Program-made: the position numbers and the translations under genes
The notes under the pieces: generated by a model
The model's database searches: none
Seen by the model: the letters and a program-made list of their open reading frames with translations, nothing else
What the model was told of the DNA's origin: nothing
From: Gekko japonicus
Taxonomy: Eukaryota
Reading direction: 5' to 3'
NCBI RefSeq assembly: GCF_001447785.1
Contig: NW_015176458.1
Coordinates: 608,258 to 672,257 of the forward strand
Length of the DNA: 64,000 nucleotides
Shown here: one piece after another, positions 35,965-48,220 of the stretch
Layout: the number at the start of each line of letters is the position of its first letter
How positions within the stretch are numbered: the first letter of the stretch is position 1

Positions 35965-37095
35965 TGGATGATTGAAATTCTTACAGATTTTCTATTTCTT
36001 GGCTCCATCATCAACCCAAAGGGAGACTGCAACCAAGAAATCAGAAGGAGACTGAGACTGGGAAGGGCAGCCACAAAGGAGCTAGAAAAGATCCTTAATG
36101 ATATTTCAGTGGTGACTAAGGTCAAGCGAATTCATGCCATTACTAGGTATGAGTGTGAAAGAAGAAGAGGAGGAGGAGGAAGAGGAGATTGGATTTATAC
36201 CCCGCCCTTCACTCGGAGTCTCAGAGTGGCTTACAAACTCCTTCCCCTTCCCCTCCCCACAACAGACACCCTGTGAGGTGGGTGGGGCTGAGAGAGCTCT
36301 TTTGGGGACTGCCCTTTCAAGAACAGCTCCTGTTAGAACTATGGCTTGCCCAAGGTCATCCAGCAGCTGCAAGAGAAGGAGTGGGGAATCAAACCCAGTT
36401 CTCCCAGATTAGAGTCCACACACTTAACCACTACACCAAAGCTGGACAATGAAGAAAGCTGATTCATTTGAAATGTGGTGTTGGAGGAGAATGTAGTTAA
36501 TGGAACCTGTCTCTTTAAGAGAAAGGCTTCGGCCCAAAGTGGATCCCCCTCTCTTCACATGAATGAGTGTGTCTTCTCGAATATGCTAGTTAGAACTGGG
36601 CTGTTGGTAGTTAGGATTCCAGCCCTTGCTAAGTGTACGTTGTTCTCTGGCTTGCTGTTCTGCACATTAAAGAAGTTTTTTTTAAAAAAGACATCCTGCC
36701 TGCTGCATCTCTCTGGCCTTAGGGCAGACCATTTACCCACCTCCACAGTGATTATACTTTATGGAGGAGACAAACACTACAGAAATTTTTACAGATACCC
36801 TAGACCATTAAAAAGGCAAATTTGTGGGTTCTAGATCAAATCAAGCCTGCACTCTCCCTAGAAGCTAAAACAATTCAACCAGGCTATCGTACTTCTGTCG
36901 CATCATAAGAAGACTAGAGTCACTTGGAAAGACAATCATGGTGGGAAACCTTGAAGGCAGAAGGAAAAGAGGAAGACCCAACATGAGAGGGGCTGAATCA
37001 AGGTAGCCAGGGCCCTCAGTTTGCAAGATCTGAGTAAGGCTGTTAATGACAGGACGTTTGGAAGTCACTTCCTTGACGGCACTTAGGACACAACA
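35965..37095 (+). mobile_element. RTE-clade LINE 3' fragments with later insertions
   Basis: FLFLGSIINPKGDCNQEIRRRLRLGRAA; resumes after the SINE at 36441 and again at about 36825 (GAAGGCAGAAGGAAAAGAGGAAGACC), ending CTTGACGGCACTTA. Confidence 0.8.
36161..36440 (-). mobile_element. Squam3-like SINE inserted in RTE
   Basis: Full copy; RTE sequence GTGAAAG|CTGGAC rejoins across it. Confidence 0.88.
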
Positions 37096-37144
37096 CGTAT
37101 ATGGATAATTGCATGATGCTTATTTTGATGTGGCATTTTTTCAC

Positions 37145-37255
37145 AGGGGCTTCAAGCAGAGGATGGCCAATCAGCTGCCAGAGAGGCTATAGGCTGGAAT
37201 TTGCAGTTGAGTAAACTGGAAAGACTAGAAGGCCCCTTCTGATTCTGTGAATTTA
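37145..37255 (+). mobile_element. Old CR1 3' fragment
   Basis: CTTCAAGCAGAGG...GGCCCCTTCTGATTCTGTGA. Confidence 0.5.
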
Positions 37256-37669
37256 ATGATCTAAAATATATATTTCTATCCTATCTTACTGCTTTAGACT
37301 CAAGGTGGCCAAGAAAGCCGCTCAAGTTGCAAGGACGCACGAGTGATGTGACAGTCCACCACCAAGATAAAAACAGCCACACAGGTTAAAAATGCAGCCT
37401 GATCTGCTGAAACAGTTTACCCTCTACCAGATGCCCTCTAAAATAAAACAATCTTGAATTTTTTTTCTAAATCCAGTGTGAAGGAGCTCTCTGTACCCGC
37501 TCTGGTAGGTCATTCCAAAGGATTGGATCCACCACAGAGAAAGCCCATGACCTGACTGTTGCCATACAGACAGTCCTAAGAGAGTGTACCAGAAGCGGAA
37601 AGCCATCTGAAGAGCCTACTTGGAATATACTGGGAAAATAGTTCAATCAACCGGAATGGCTATCACACA

Positions 37670-37858
37670 GAGAGCAGCTCTAATGGGCTTAAATTACAGG
37701 CAGGTAGATTTCTGTTGACTATTAGGGGAAATTTCCTAATGACAGCTCATTATGTGAGTAGAGACTTTCCAGCAGAAGCTGGATAGCCCATCTGTTGAGG
37801 ATACTCTAGCTCTGGATTTCTTGCATTGACCAGGGACTTGGATTAGATGGCCTGTAAG
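37670..37858 (+). mobile_element. Old CR1 3' fragment
   Basis: AATGGGCTTAAATTACAG...AGATTT...ATTAGG...AATTTCCTAA; TTGGATTAGATGGCC. Confidence 0.65.
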
Positions 37859-37869
37859 ACTACCATATG

Positions 37870-38070
37870 GACCAGGCTAACTAAGTCTCATCAGATTTTG
37901 GAATTTAAGCAAGGTTGACCCTGGTTAGTATTTGGATGGGAGACCACCATGAAAGTGCAGGGTTGCAATACAGAGGCAGGCAATGGCAAACCACCCCTGA
38001 ACATCTCTTGCCTTGAAAACCCTACAGGGTTGCCATAAGTCACCTGTCACTTGATGGCACTTTCCAACAC
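37870..38070 (+). mobile_element. 5S-derived SINE
   Basis: TAAGCAAGG...CCTGGTTAGTATTTGGATGGGAGACC plus uninterrupted tail GGCAATGGCAAACCACC...GGGTTGCCATAAGTC...CTTGATGGCAC. Confidence 0.85.
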
Positions 38071-39218
38071 CAGGACTACCACAATGGGAAGGCTACCATA
38101 TGGCACATGAAAAACGCAGAAAAGCTGAAAATAATAGCATATATCTCAGGCACGATGGTCAACCAAAAACGTAAATTACAAAGTAATGGAATAAGAGAGA
38201 GAGTTAACACATTACATTGCCTTCAGAAACTAGACCAAGAAAGATAGAATTCCAAAATCGAGGAAGACATCCCACCATGGAGAACTTCAGATGGATCCCC
38301 ATAGGGCAAATAAGTAATCGGCAATGTGCTAGACACAGATCATTCCTTCCTGTTTTCATCTGTTGGGATTCCATTGTGTGTTTTACGTGAACAGCCATTT
38401 TCAGACTTGCTGTATTCACCCTGGAAGCTGTTTTTCATTTTTGCATCCTTATTGCAAACTAAAGTCTGTCTTAGAATTAAAAAAAAATGTTCACCAAGCA
38501 TTTTGATGGAGAGGCAGATAATAAATATTTCAAATATAGCAATAATAATTTTACTTAGGACTTACAGAGCACTTTATGGTGGACACAGCTAGCATGAAAT
38601 CACATTCTTAAAAATAAATAGATTTTTCTCCCTGAGGGGCTCATGGGACGTTTCTTATCCCTTGGCATGCTGAGACAGCAACTCTAAGGCTGATTTGACA
38701 CATTACAGGAAGGGGAAGGAACCAGCTGCCCAATCAGGACATCAGAGGCTTTTCCTCTTTGTAATATGCAAAGGGGGTAGGATTAGCACACATCCCTTCC
38801 TAGTGAGACGTGTGATCTGTTTTGCATCTGGAACACAGGCAGGGTTTCCATATTGCGCCTTCCCAAATCTTTGCAATGCAGTTAGCATATTACATAAAGA
38901 ATTCACTTATGCAAAATGGAACACATTAATTGTTGCATTACATAGGAGTAAAGGAGGGAAAATGTGGGGTTGGTATACCCACAGATTTACCTAAAAAGAC
39001 CTGAAACATTGTATTTGCAGGAGATCATGAGATTTTCTTTCCCCTCAAAAGGGCTTCATTTTTAGAAGGCAAAGTCTGGGAAGGAGAAAATCTCAATAGA
39101 AAGCTAGCACATACTAGCACATACGCTCATACTCTTATACGCTGTCAATGTGCACCCCCATTACCTTCTGTTTCCTGAGCTGTTGGGAGATCTTTCTCCA
39201 TAACAAGAGATCTGGCAA

Positions 39219-39568
39219 TAGAGTTACTAGGTCCCCCGGTGCACGGGGGATCCCCTGATTTTTGGTGCCAGCCAGCTGCCCCCCCCCCCAAACAGACAAG
39301 AAGCCGGAAATAAACATGACATGCCTACATTGCCCGGAATTGACATGGGCATGTTGGTGATGTTGTGTGTGTGAGAGACACTCTGGTTTTTGGGCAAATC
39401 TCTATGACAGAATTAGCTTCAAACCATAGAGTTTTGCCCAAAAACCAGAGCATTGCCCCCCCATCCTGATATCATCATTTCCGGGTGACGTAGGCGCGTC
39501 GTGTTTATTTCCAGCTCCTGGGTGATGTAAATCCCCTGCCTATAAGTCCTAGGGACCTGGCAACCCTA
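39219..39568. mobile_element. Fold-back hAT MITE (older family)
   Basis: TAGAGTTACTAGGTCCC...GGGACCTGGCAACCCTA; internal inverted repeat CTCTGGTTTTTGGGCAAA / TTTGCCCAAAAACCAGAG. Confidence 0.8.
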
Positions 39569-40442
39569 CACATGCACATTACAGAATGTGTCCACGGGCT
39601 GAACTCAGCTCAACGACCTTCTATCATGGCCTTTGATCATAGCTGAAGTTAAGCAAGAGTATGACAGTGTACGATATTGACAAGAAAGTTCCACTCCACA
39701 AGAAACTATGCAGTTTTACTTGTGGAGTGGAAGTGCATTTTTACTTCCACTCCACAAGAAACTGCATTTTTACTTCCTATTAGACAGTTTATATAAGAGA
39801 AAAACAAAGCAGGATACCATTGCTTCTATTGCGCATCAGTCATGGCTTTGACTTCCCCAATTGGCTAGAACTATGAAGAGTAAAAATGACCTTCTCATTC
39901 AAGGAGTGGACAAAACACTGCCTAAATATTTGGTACCTCTGTATCCCCATTGGGAGAGGCTTCCTTTGAAAAGAACAGAAGCTGGGAGGCATGCATAGAA
40001 TTCAGTCAATACCCAGCATAACTGGGCCATGTGAGGCAACCTGTCAGCTCAGGCATCTAACTGTGGAGTTGTTCAGATTTCCCCTGGACAACCCCGGAGA
40101 GAACTGAAAGTATGGGGACTAGTTTTACAATAGAGGGTGTTGGAGTTTTTTTTGTTTTTGTTTTTTGCAAATCCTAGCACACCCAATGACATCACTTCCA
40201 GTTTTCACCAGAAGTGATGTTGCACACCAGTGTGTGTTCCTGTTGCCCGCTGTTTCCTGAGCTGGTGGGAGGTCTCTCTCCAAGAGATCTAGAACCTGAC
40301 CCTGCCATACACATTACAGAACATGTCCACCAAGCTGAACTCAGCTCAACAACCATCTATTGTGGCCTTCCAGGTGCTTGAAAATACCACTCTGTTTACT
40401 GTCTGAGGGAGTGGGGAGGGGACAGTTGTACATGTCCTGGTG

Positions 40443-40567
40443 GTTGTTGTTGTTCAGTCACACAGTCGAGTCCGACTCTTCGCAATCCCATGGACCACAT
40501 CACGCCAGGCCCTTCTGTCTTCCGTCATGCTCTGGAGCATGCTTAATTTCATGTTTGTTACATCAGA
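40443..40567 (-). mobile_element. Bov-B/RTE LINE 3' end
   Basis: (GTT)n CAGTCACACAGTCGAGTCCGACTCTTCGCAA; homologous to 43390-43508. Confidence 0.88.
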
Positions 40568-40615
40568 TGTCCTGGTAGGCCACTATTTATAAGAAGGATG
40601 GGAATTGGTCCTGAG

Positions 40616-40817
40616 ATAGGGATGCCAACCTCCAAGTGGGGCCTGGCGATCTCCTGAAATTACAAATGATCTCCAGATTATAGAGATCAGTTTCCCTGGA
40701 GAAAATGGCTGCTTTGGGGGGTGGACCCTATGGCATTTTACCCCTCTGGGGTTGCTCCCTCCCCAAGCTCCACTCCCAAATCTTCATGCATTTCCCAACC
40801 CGGAATTGGCAACCCTG
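40616..40817 (+). mobile_element. hAT-type MITE (7441 family)
   Basis: TAGGGATGCCAACC...TTGGCAACCCTG. Confidence 0.85.
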
Positions 40818-43227
40818 ATCCCCGAATCAACTGGACGATGAAGTCACTGAGTTGTGGAGTAATGAAAATAAAGCTGATCCCCTGTATTGGGTGTCTTAAG
40901 AGCTTGTTAGGTGGAAGCCTAGGCAGAAAAATCTGGATGTCCTAGGGCACTCTAGGAGGTGTTCACCAATGCCTCTGGTGAAATAAAAATTCTGCCTCCC
41001 TTTCTGCTTCGGAAGCCTTAGGGAATGCAAGGCAGGGGCTTCCTCTAACATTAGACCGCCTTCCCTTGCCCATTCAAGGCCTCTGTTGTAGAGTAAGAAC
41101 AACCCTTTCCTCAGCTGAGGCCTTGGGATACGAGCCAAAGTATCCAGTCACAGCAGGAGTGTAGCAGTTCCATCCCGCGAATCCAACTGGAAGTCAGAAA
41201 ACATACCTGATGCCCCAGGAGGGCTGAGCCCAGCAACTTCACATTTCCCTGCTCGAAGCATTTCTTCAATGCTGTATTTCTACCACAGCAAGCAGTAAAC
41301 GGTGGATCTTTTAAAAAGAAAGAAAGAAAAGAAACAGGGTCATGCAAAACGCTGGGGGTTGCATTTGCACCTTACTGGATCCGAACTTTTCAGTTCACAA
41401 TAATGGAGATGTCTTATTTTTTTTCCCCTTTCTCCCCTCCCCCCCAAGAAATAATGAAGTCAATGTGTTAATTGAGAAAATGCGATCCTGCTATTTTGAG
41501 AGTAATTAAAATGTATCACTGAGGAGACAACAGATGTGATAACATGTGACAAGGTTGGGGACTCCGTGGGTGTGTGACTCACAAGCATATAGATTAGCCT
41601 TAATCCACTAATGAAATGGTATTATTAGTGGGGAGGGAGATAACATTTCATGAATGCTCATTATCTCCTTTTACACGAGAAAAAGCTTTTTGCTGAGCAA
41701 GGAAGGGATTGTAGTCTTTTTGCATAACTTTCTGGCTTGGCTCACACGTGCCATTTGCCACTGGGTGGCTGCAATATCGAGAACTGACCCTTCTTAATTA
41801 TCTCCATGGTGATCTCACCATCATATCAAGAATGAGCCCTTATTAATTTCTCCACAGAGATGTAGTATATACAGTACAGAGCAGAGGTCGGTACTTCTCA
41901 GCAGCCATGATAATAGCAACACACGACAATTTTCCAGCCAGATCTATGCCCAAGAATGGAGGCACTGCCAGCAATGCTTGACAAATGGTGTGGGAGAATG
42001 CGGTAGGCATAGCTTATGCCTGTCATTGCTTTTCAGAGCTGCATGGCCACCAGGCGAGTGCCTGAGATGCTGGCAGCACCCCTGGGGCTTTGCTTGTTCC
42101 AAGCACGTTTGGCCAAATATAATCTTTGTCTGTACAAGTTCCATGTTGTTTGTTGACCCATCATCATGTTGACGGGTAGGTATTGCATTTGGGGGTCCTT
42201 GGGCCAAAAAGGTTGTCTAGCCATGGTGTAGAGGTCCTTTCCACAAGCCAACCTAGGCAATCACTTAGGCCCCCAAATTTTGAGGGACGCCAGAAAGGCA
42301 AGAGGAGTCCCCTTGTCTGGCTTGAAGGGAAGCTTGTCATTAACTGGCTTCTAGAATCTCCACGTCTGTTGACTCTGATCTTCTATCGTGCCATGATGGA
42401 ACATGGAGGACTACTGAAGATGTTACCTATTTTTACTTTCACGTTGTTCAGGAAAACATTCATTGTTTAGAAGAAAAAAATATTCTAGACATCTCACTTT
42501 TCTCTTTATGAAATGGGGGCTCCAAAGTCACAGTTTGTGTAGGGTGCCAAAAACATCTTGGGTTGGCCATGGTATGTGCTTTCTCTTTGTAGGAGCTCAC
42601 AGAAAAATGTATTTCTCAAACCCCAACCGGTTGACTCTGTCTTCTTACCTGCTCCTGTGCCTTCTCTACACCTGTGCCACAGTTGTGGAACAAGATCCCT
42701 GTTCTGTAGAGGTCCCATGCCGTTGCCCTTCAGATGACCACTCAACTTGATTTTGTTAGACTTTCTTTGTTTCAGAGGACATTTTTTCTCTTTTTTTGCG
42801 AGGAATCATTTCTATTTGACTTTTTGTGGAGGGTGGATTTTTGTTTATGCATGATTTGGGAATGAGATATGAGCCCTTTTTTGGACATGTGATTTGACGC
42901 TCAGACCACATGTAAGGGAATCACAGGTCACCCATGATCTGCCCAATATGCCCAATATGTAAAGTTGTCATTGGGAAACATGTTTATTTTCTATTTTGGA
43001 TAGGCATGAACTGAACACTAGAATTTTTTTCCACAATGAAAAGGTGAATTCAGGGGAACTAGTAGGCAGTAGTAGCTATATACTGTTATAATATTACTGT
43101 GCTATAGTGCAGTAGCAGTTACCAATTTATTTTTCTACGGCTACCCACCTAAACCCCCCATTCACAGACTGGTATGTATAAAACTATGCAAGCCAATGGA
43201 ATGGCATTACTGTTTGTGTAAAGGGAG

Positions 43228-43510
43228 GTGAGTTCCCTGGAAGGCCAGATACTGAAGCTGAAGCTCAAATACTTTGGCCACCAAATGAGAAGGGAGCACT
43301 TACTGGAAAAGACCCTGATGCTGGGAAAGATTGAAGAAAAAAGAAGAAGGGGACGGCAAAGGATGAGATGGTTAGACAATGTTATTGGTGCAATGGACAT
43401 GAAATTAAGCAAGCTCTGGAGCATGACGGAAGACAGCAGGGCCTGGCATGATGTGGTCCATGGGGTTGCAAAGAGTCGGACTCGACTGTGCGACTGAACA
43501 ACAACAACAA
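43228..43510 (+). mobile_element. Bov-B/RTE LINE 3' end
   Basis: LEGQILKLKLKYFGHQMRREHLLEKTLMLGKIEEKRRRGRQRMRWLD...VHGVAKSRTRL; (CAA)n tail. Confidence 0.93.
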
Positions 43511-43679
43511 AAAGGAAGTGGAGACTCCTCCCACTGCAGACCCCACTTTGTCCCTACAGTGGAGGGGGTTCAATGGACTACAGCAGCTTGGGGACACAGA
43601 ATGGTTAGATAAATGTCCTTGGCATTAAAAATATCGTGTAGCCCTAATGTTAACATTTGTGTATGTGCATAATTGGTCT

Positions 43680-43764
43680 CTATCTATCTATCTATCTATC
43701 TATCATCTACCTACCTATCTACCTACCTACCTACCTATCTACCTATCTACCTATCGATCTATCT
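43680..43764. repeat. Compound (TATC)n/(TACC)n microsatellite
   Basis: Direct observation. Confidence 0.95.
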
Positions 43765-44379
43765 GTGTATGTGATGAAACCTGATTTAGTACAGGTGAGG
43801 AAAAGTCCCAGTGAGCAATCACTTTGATTAAATGTCATAAGTTTATGATGCAAACTCATCATGGATTGTCCTGGTCACTATTTTACCATCTTTAAAGGTT
43901 GGCCTGGCCTGTGATCTCAGGCAAATCATAGACTCCTTTCAATGTTCCAGGACTGACCTGTATGAAGAAATGACTCTGCGGGCACAAGTTCTTTCAGACT
44001 GATTTCATAACTCATGGGAGGCATCTGGTTTCATAGCATGGCATGCTGTCTCTTCTTTGCCAGGTGCCTGAAATATGGGCTAGGAGGATCAGAGAGATTG
44101 TGTCACACTGATTTAAAAAAATAGTTGCACAGACATAATTTGAATGCAGTGAGAACTCCATGATGCAATCAATGTTCCTTGTCCTGTCAATGAATGTGTA
44201 ATGTGTAACTTCCAGGAATGCAATGGAAGCCATTGCTGTGCAATGAGTAAATCTTTTTTCCTTGCAGAGTCTTTCCTTATACAGGGTTAAAAGTCAGCCG
44301 GTGGTAGCTAGAAATAACCTTGAAAATCCCTGATGATGAGAAAATGTGAGAAAGATTTGCAGTCATGTGAACTCACATG

Positions 44380-44668
44380 GAGTTGCCTTACACTGGCTCA
44401 AACCATTGGTCCATCAAGGTCAGTAATGCCTTGGCCGGGAGGGTGGGGTAGAAATTGAATTATTTTATTATTGTTGTTGTTGTTGTTGATGATGATGATG
44501 ATGATAAAAAATGTCTAGTATCAGACTGGCAGCTACCCTCCAGGGCCTCAAGCACCGGTCTTTCACCTCCCCTACCGCCTGATCCTTTTAACAGAAGACA
44601 TGGGGGGGGGGCTGAACCTGGGACCTTCTGCACACCAAGCAGGGGCTCTGCCAGACACAGCCCCTCCC
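44380..44668 (-). mobile_element. Squam2-like SINE, interrupted by a SINE tail and a compound (ATT)(GTT)(GAT) triplet repeat
   Basis: TGAACCTGGGACCTTCTGCA head; CAAACCATTGGTCCATC tail. Confidence 0.65.
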
Positions 44669-45911
44669 TGAATAAGCAGATTGCTGAATCTATCTCTTGC
44701 TGCCCAGGTAGTTTAATTGTTTAAGAAACACAAGTTTGGAGTTTGAAAAGATAGAGACAGCAGCAAGGAGGAGAGTCATGAAATGGCTGAAAAGTGAAGG
44801 GTTTGGGGTTGCAGCCTTCTGTAAAGCCCATTACTGTAGTCTTTTATGTCAAAACATAGGGTTTCCCCCCCCCCATCTCGCATCTCATGAGATTGTATGA
44901 GATTGAGAAAGATATTTTGGCCCCTGTCTGACTGAGTTCAGTTCCCTGTCAAAAGCAGGCTATTCTAGTTTCTTCTCTTCCTTTTATCCTCTCAGAACTC
45001 CCTCCCATTCACACTGCTACAAGCCCTATGGCTGATTTGTAGGCTAACTCTTCAGATCCCCTGAAGATTACCTCTTCCTCCTGTGGAATAACAGGCCTAA
45101 TTAAGATTTCAGAATTCTCGGATTCCAAACCCAGGGAGCTTTTCACTGTGTGAACAGGAGCCAAAAGGTCAGTACCTCAATAATTGCCATAACCTTTTCT
45201 GGTCAAAACACGGCATACAAGTTAATGAGCGTTAACCCACGATGCTGGTTTTAAGACATTTTGCTATAGTCTCTTAACTATCCCGAAAGTATGTTATTCA
45301 TTTTCCCATGTCACCACATTTACAGTAAAGCAAACTTGGTTTTGAAAGATTCTACCTTCTGGCAGTGTGTGTACTCCTATAGAAAAAAAATATTTGTCTT
45401 CCCTTCTGTGGTTCTCCCCCCCTCCCTCCTTTGGCACTTTGTAATTTATTACATTCCTAGCCTGCATGTACACGCACCTTGGCACGGTACCGCTTTCTCA
45501 CTGCGATTTGGGGAATATCATGACAGAACATGTCTAGAGGGGCATGGCAGAGAGGTGTTTGTTTGCAAGGCCTAAACAGAGAGTCGAAAAATTGCCTGTA
45601 TATAGAGAGGTGTCTTGGGCAACAACTGCAGAGAAAAGGTGAAAGATGTTTTCAGTCAAGTTTTTGGGGCGGGGGGGGGGAACAGCTACAAACACTTAGT
45701 TGACACCCGGTGCTAATGCTGTGGGGAGTCTTAGAGGATTTGAAATAAGGCTAAGCACAGCCCACTTACACAAACACATGGTAAAGAAGCCCTGGACATA
45801 TTCCACCAGGCATTCAACGACTTTCTCCCCACCATCAACCTTACAATGAACCGATCTATGCAAGAAATACAGTTTCTAGATGCCACTGTACAAATACATG
45901 AGAGATGCATA

Positions 45912-46264
45912 AAGTAAAGGTAAAGGTTCCCTTGCTCGAAAGCCAGTCGAATCCGACTCTAGGGTTGCGGTGCTCATCTCCGTTTCAAAGCCGAAGAGCC
46001 AGCGCTGTCCAAAGACGTTTCCGTGGTCATGTGGCCGGCATGACTAAACACCAAGGCACATGGAATGCTGTTACCTTCCCACCGAAGTGGTACCTATTTA
46101 TCTACTTGCAATTTCTTGCTTTCGAACTGCTAGGTTGGCAGGAGCTGGAACTAGAGACAGGAGCTCACCCTGTCTTGCGGCACCCGGGTCTTGAACCGCT
46201 GAACTACTGACCTTCCACAGCCTGCAGTTCAGCGTCTTAACCACTTGAGCCACCGCAGCTCCAC
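45912..46264 (-). mobile_element. Full-length Sauria SINE in Penelope
   Basis: 13-bp TSD TGAGAGATGCATA (45899-45911 / 46265-46277); highly similar to 11956-12309. Confidence 0.93.
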
Positions 46265-46500
46265 TGAGAGATGCATAGACACCATCTTATACAGAAAATC
46301 TACCGATTAACAAAAATATCTACATCCATCCAGCTGCCATCCTAAACAGACCAAACAATCTATTGTCTAGTGTCAGGCTCAATGCTACAACCACATCTGT
46401 TCCAATCCTACAGACAGAGATTCTCACCTGAGGGATCTACAACAAACCTTTTCAGAACTAAAATATCGACCTGGCGAAGTCAAGAAACAGATGATCAAAG

Positions 46501-46833
46501 TAGGGTTGCCAAATACCTTTTGTTCTGCGGTGGGGGATTCCTGGACGGCGTCTTGAGCGTGCGCGCGCACGCCGCATGCACGTCAGCCGGATGTGATGTG
46601 CTGACGCCGGGCACGCTGGGGGCGGGGCCACAGCCATTTGAGGGGAAAACATAGAGTTTCCGCCTCAGATGGCTGTGGTCCCGCCCCCAGTGTACCCGGC
46701 GTCAGCACGTCACATCCGGCTGACGTGCACGCCGGGGTGGGGTTTGCCCCCGGGGCCTGATTCCGTGGCGACGGAAATCGGGCCTCCAAAGCGGGGGGGG
46801 GAATCCGCCCCCCGGGGGGAATTGGCAGCCCTA
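46501..46833. mobile_element. CpG-rich fold-back hAT MITE in Penelope
   Basis: TAGGGTTGCCAA...TTGGCAGCCCTA; perfect 8-bp TSD GATCAAAG. Confidence 0.92.
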
Positions 46834-46914
46834 GATCAAAGCCAGAATGATACCCAGAGAAAGCCTGTTAAAAGACAGTCCACAAAGATACAATAACAGA
46901 GCACCATTAAGATA

Positions 46915-47057
46915 GATTCAGGTGGGCGGCCATGTTGGTCTGAAGCAGTAGAACAAATTCAGGGTCCAGTGGCACCTTTAAGACCAACAAAATTTTATTC
47001 AGGGTATGAACTTTTGTGTTCATGCAGTAAAATGGAAGTTAACAGTCCATACATATA
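46915..47057 (-). mobile_element. Penelope pseudo-LTR fragment
   Basis: GTCCAGTGGCACCTTTAAGACCAACAAAATTTTATTCA; inverted relative to 48098-48220. Confidence 0.7.
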
Positions 47058-47547
47058 TTACAATACTTGGAACAACCTCCCCCTAGACTTACCAGGGATA
47101 TTGGTTTCTTATCTCACTACATATGCTCATCTCATTCAGTCCTTACATATGTATTCTCACCTTGAAGGGCCACATATCCTGTTTTATTGTATTTCTTATT
47201 TGGAATAGCAGATTGGAATAGTTGATTGTAATGTAATGCAATGAATAGTAGAATAAAATGTAATTTGGAATGGTAGACAGGAATGCATGTCTCTGGTCTG
47301 GTGACAGAGGGGACATAACGCTGCACGACCAATCACCCCACTTTAAAGAAAAGGACACTGTTAGTTACCCCCATGCTTGAGAGGAGATGGATGGAATGTA
47401 ATAACAGGGTCTCAGTTAATTATTCTCAGCATTCCACAATTAAGAAGGGAACATTTACACATCAGTCTCCAATTCTGAGATACTTATTTGCTTTACTATG
47501 TTTTCCCCTGGAACTAAATCCAAACAAATGGTGACCATATGAACTAA

Positions 47548-48008
47548 GGCCCCGGTCACATGGAAGGTTTTGGGCTGGGAGAGGGATGGACTGGGGGTGC
47601 AGCAAAGAGGCACAATCTCACCGCAACATCTGGGAAGTGGCGCGCACCCGTCCCCGATCCGCCCCTAACCCTGGAAAACCCGCAGCAAAAAAGATCCTCC
47701 TACAGAGGAGGACTTACCGGCAGCACTACAGCAAGTGCGTTCGTGGGATCGCCGCCACGCCCATTGTGCATATCAATCCCGGCTCCCCGCCAAATTGCGC
47801 ATGCGCACACATGCGCACACATGCACCGTTCGGCTGCCGCGCTCTTCGTTGTGTGGCTTCCCCCCCAGCATCTGATCATGCCGGGGAGGAAGTGCACGGC
47901 AGCTCAGGGGATCTATGTGATCCTGCCGCCACGTGTCTCTTTTGGTGCGGCTATAAAAAGCCGCACTTTGCCCGTCCTCCTCCCCCCCCCCCCCGTGTGG
48001 CAGGGACC
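47548..48008. mobile_element. PIF/Harbinger-type MITE
   Basis: GGCCCCGGTCACATGG...CCGTGTGGCAGGGACC; TAA TSD on both sides; CpG-rich. Confidence 0.8.
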
Positions 48009-48097
48009 TAAGCTTATTATTTCCATTTGGTCCTTGCTTCTGTTCTGTTAAACATCTTTGTTATGTGGTATGCTAATTTGCTGCTCACCCTCTACCT

Positions 48098-48220
48098 ATA
48101 TGTATGGACTGGTAACTTCCATTCCAATGTATCTGAAGAAGTGTGCACACACACGAAGGCTTATGTCTTGAATAAAACTTTGTTGGTCTTAACAGTGCCA
48201 CTGGACTCAAATTTTGTTCC
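48098..48220 (+). mobile_element. Penelope pseudo-LTR with degenerate hammerhead core
   Basis: CTGAAGA-A-GTGTG-CACA-CACAC-GAAG-GCTT...AATAAAAC...GGTCTTAACAGTGCCACTGGACTC. Confidence 0.7.

Larger units (their letters stand above)
45770..46907 (+). pseudogene. Penelope-like element RT C-terminal fragment, interrupted twice
   Basis: Spliced in silico: THGKEALDIFHQAFNDFLPTINLTM...IQFLDATV...TILYRKSTD*QKYLHPSSCHPKQTKQSIV*...ICSNPTDRDSHL...ARMIPRESLLKD; contains in-frame stops. Confidence 0.85.

Noticed and set aside
47560-48051. Overlapping 141-163-aa ORFs
   Set aside because: Within a GC-rich non-autonomous Harbinger-type MITE; no transposase or Myb/SANT motifs
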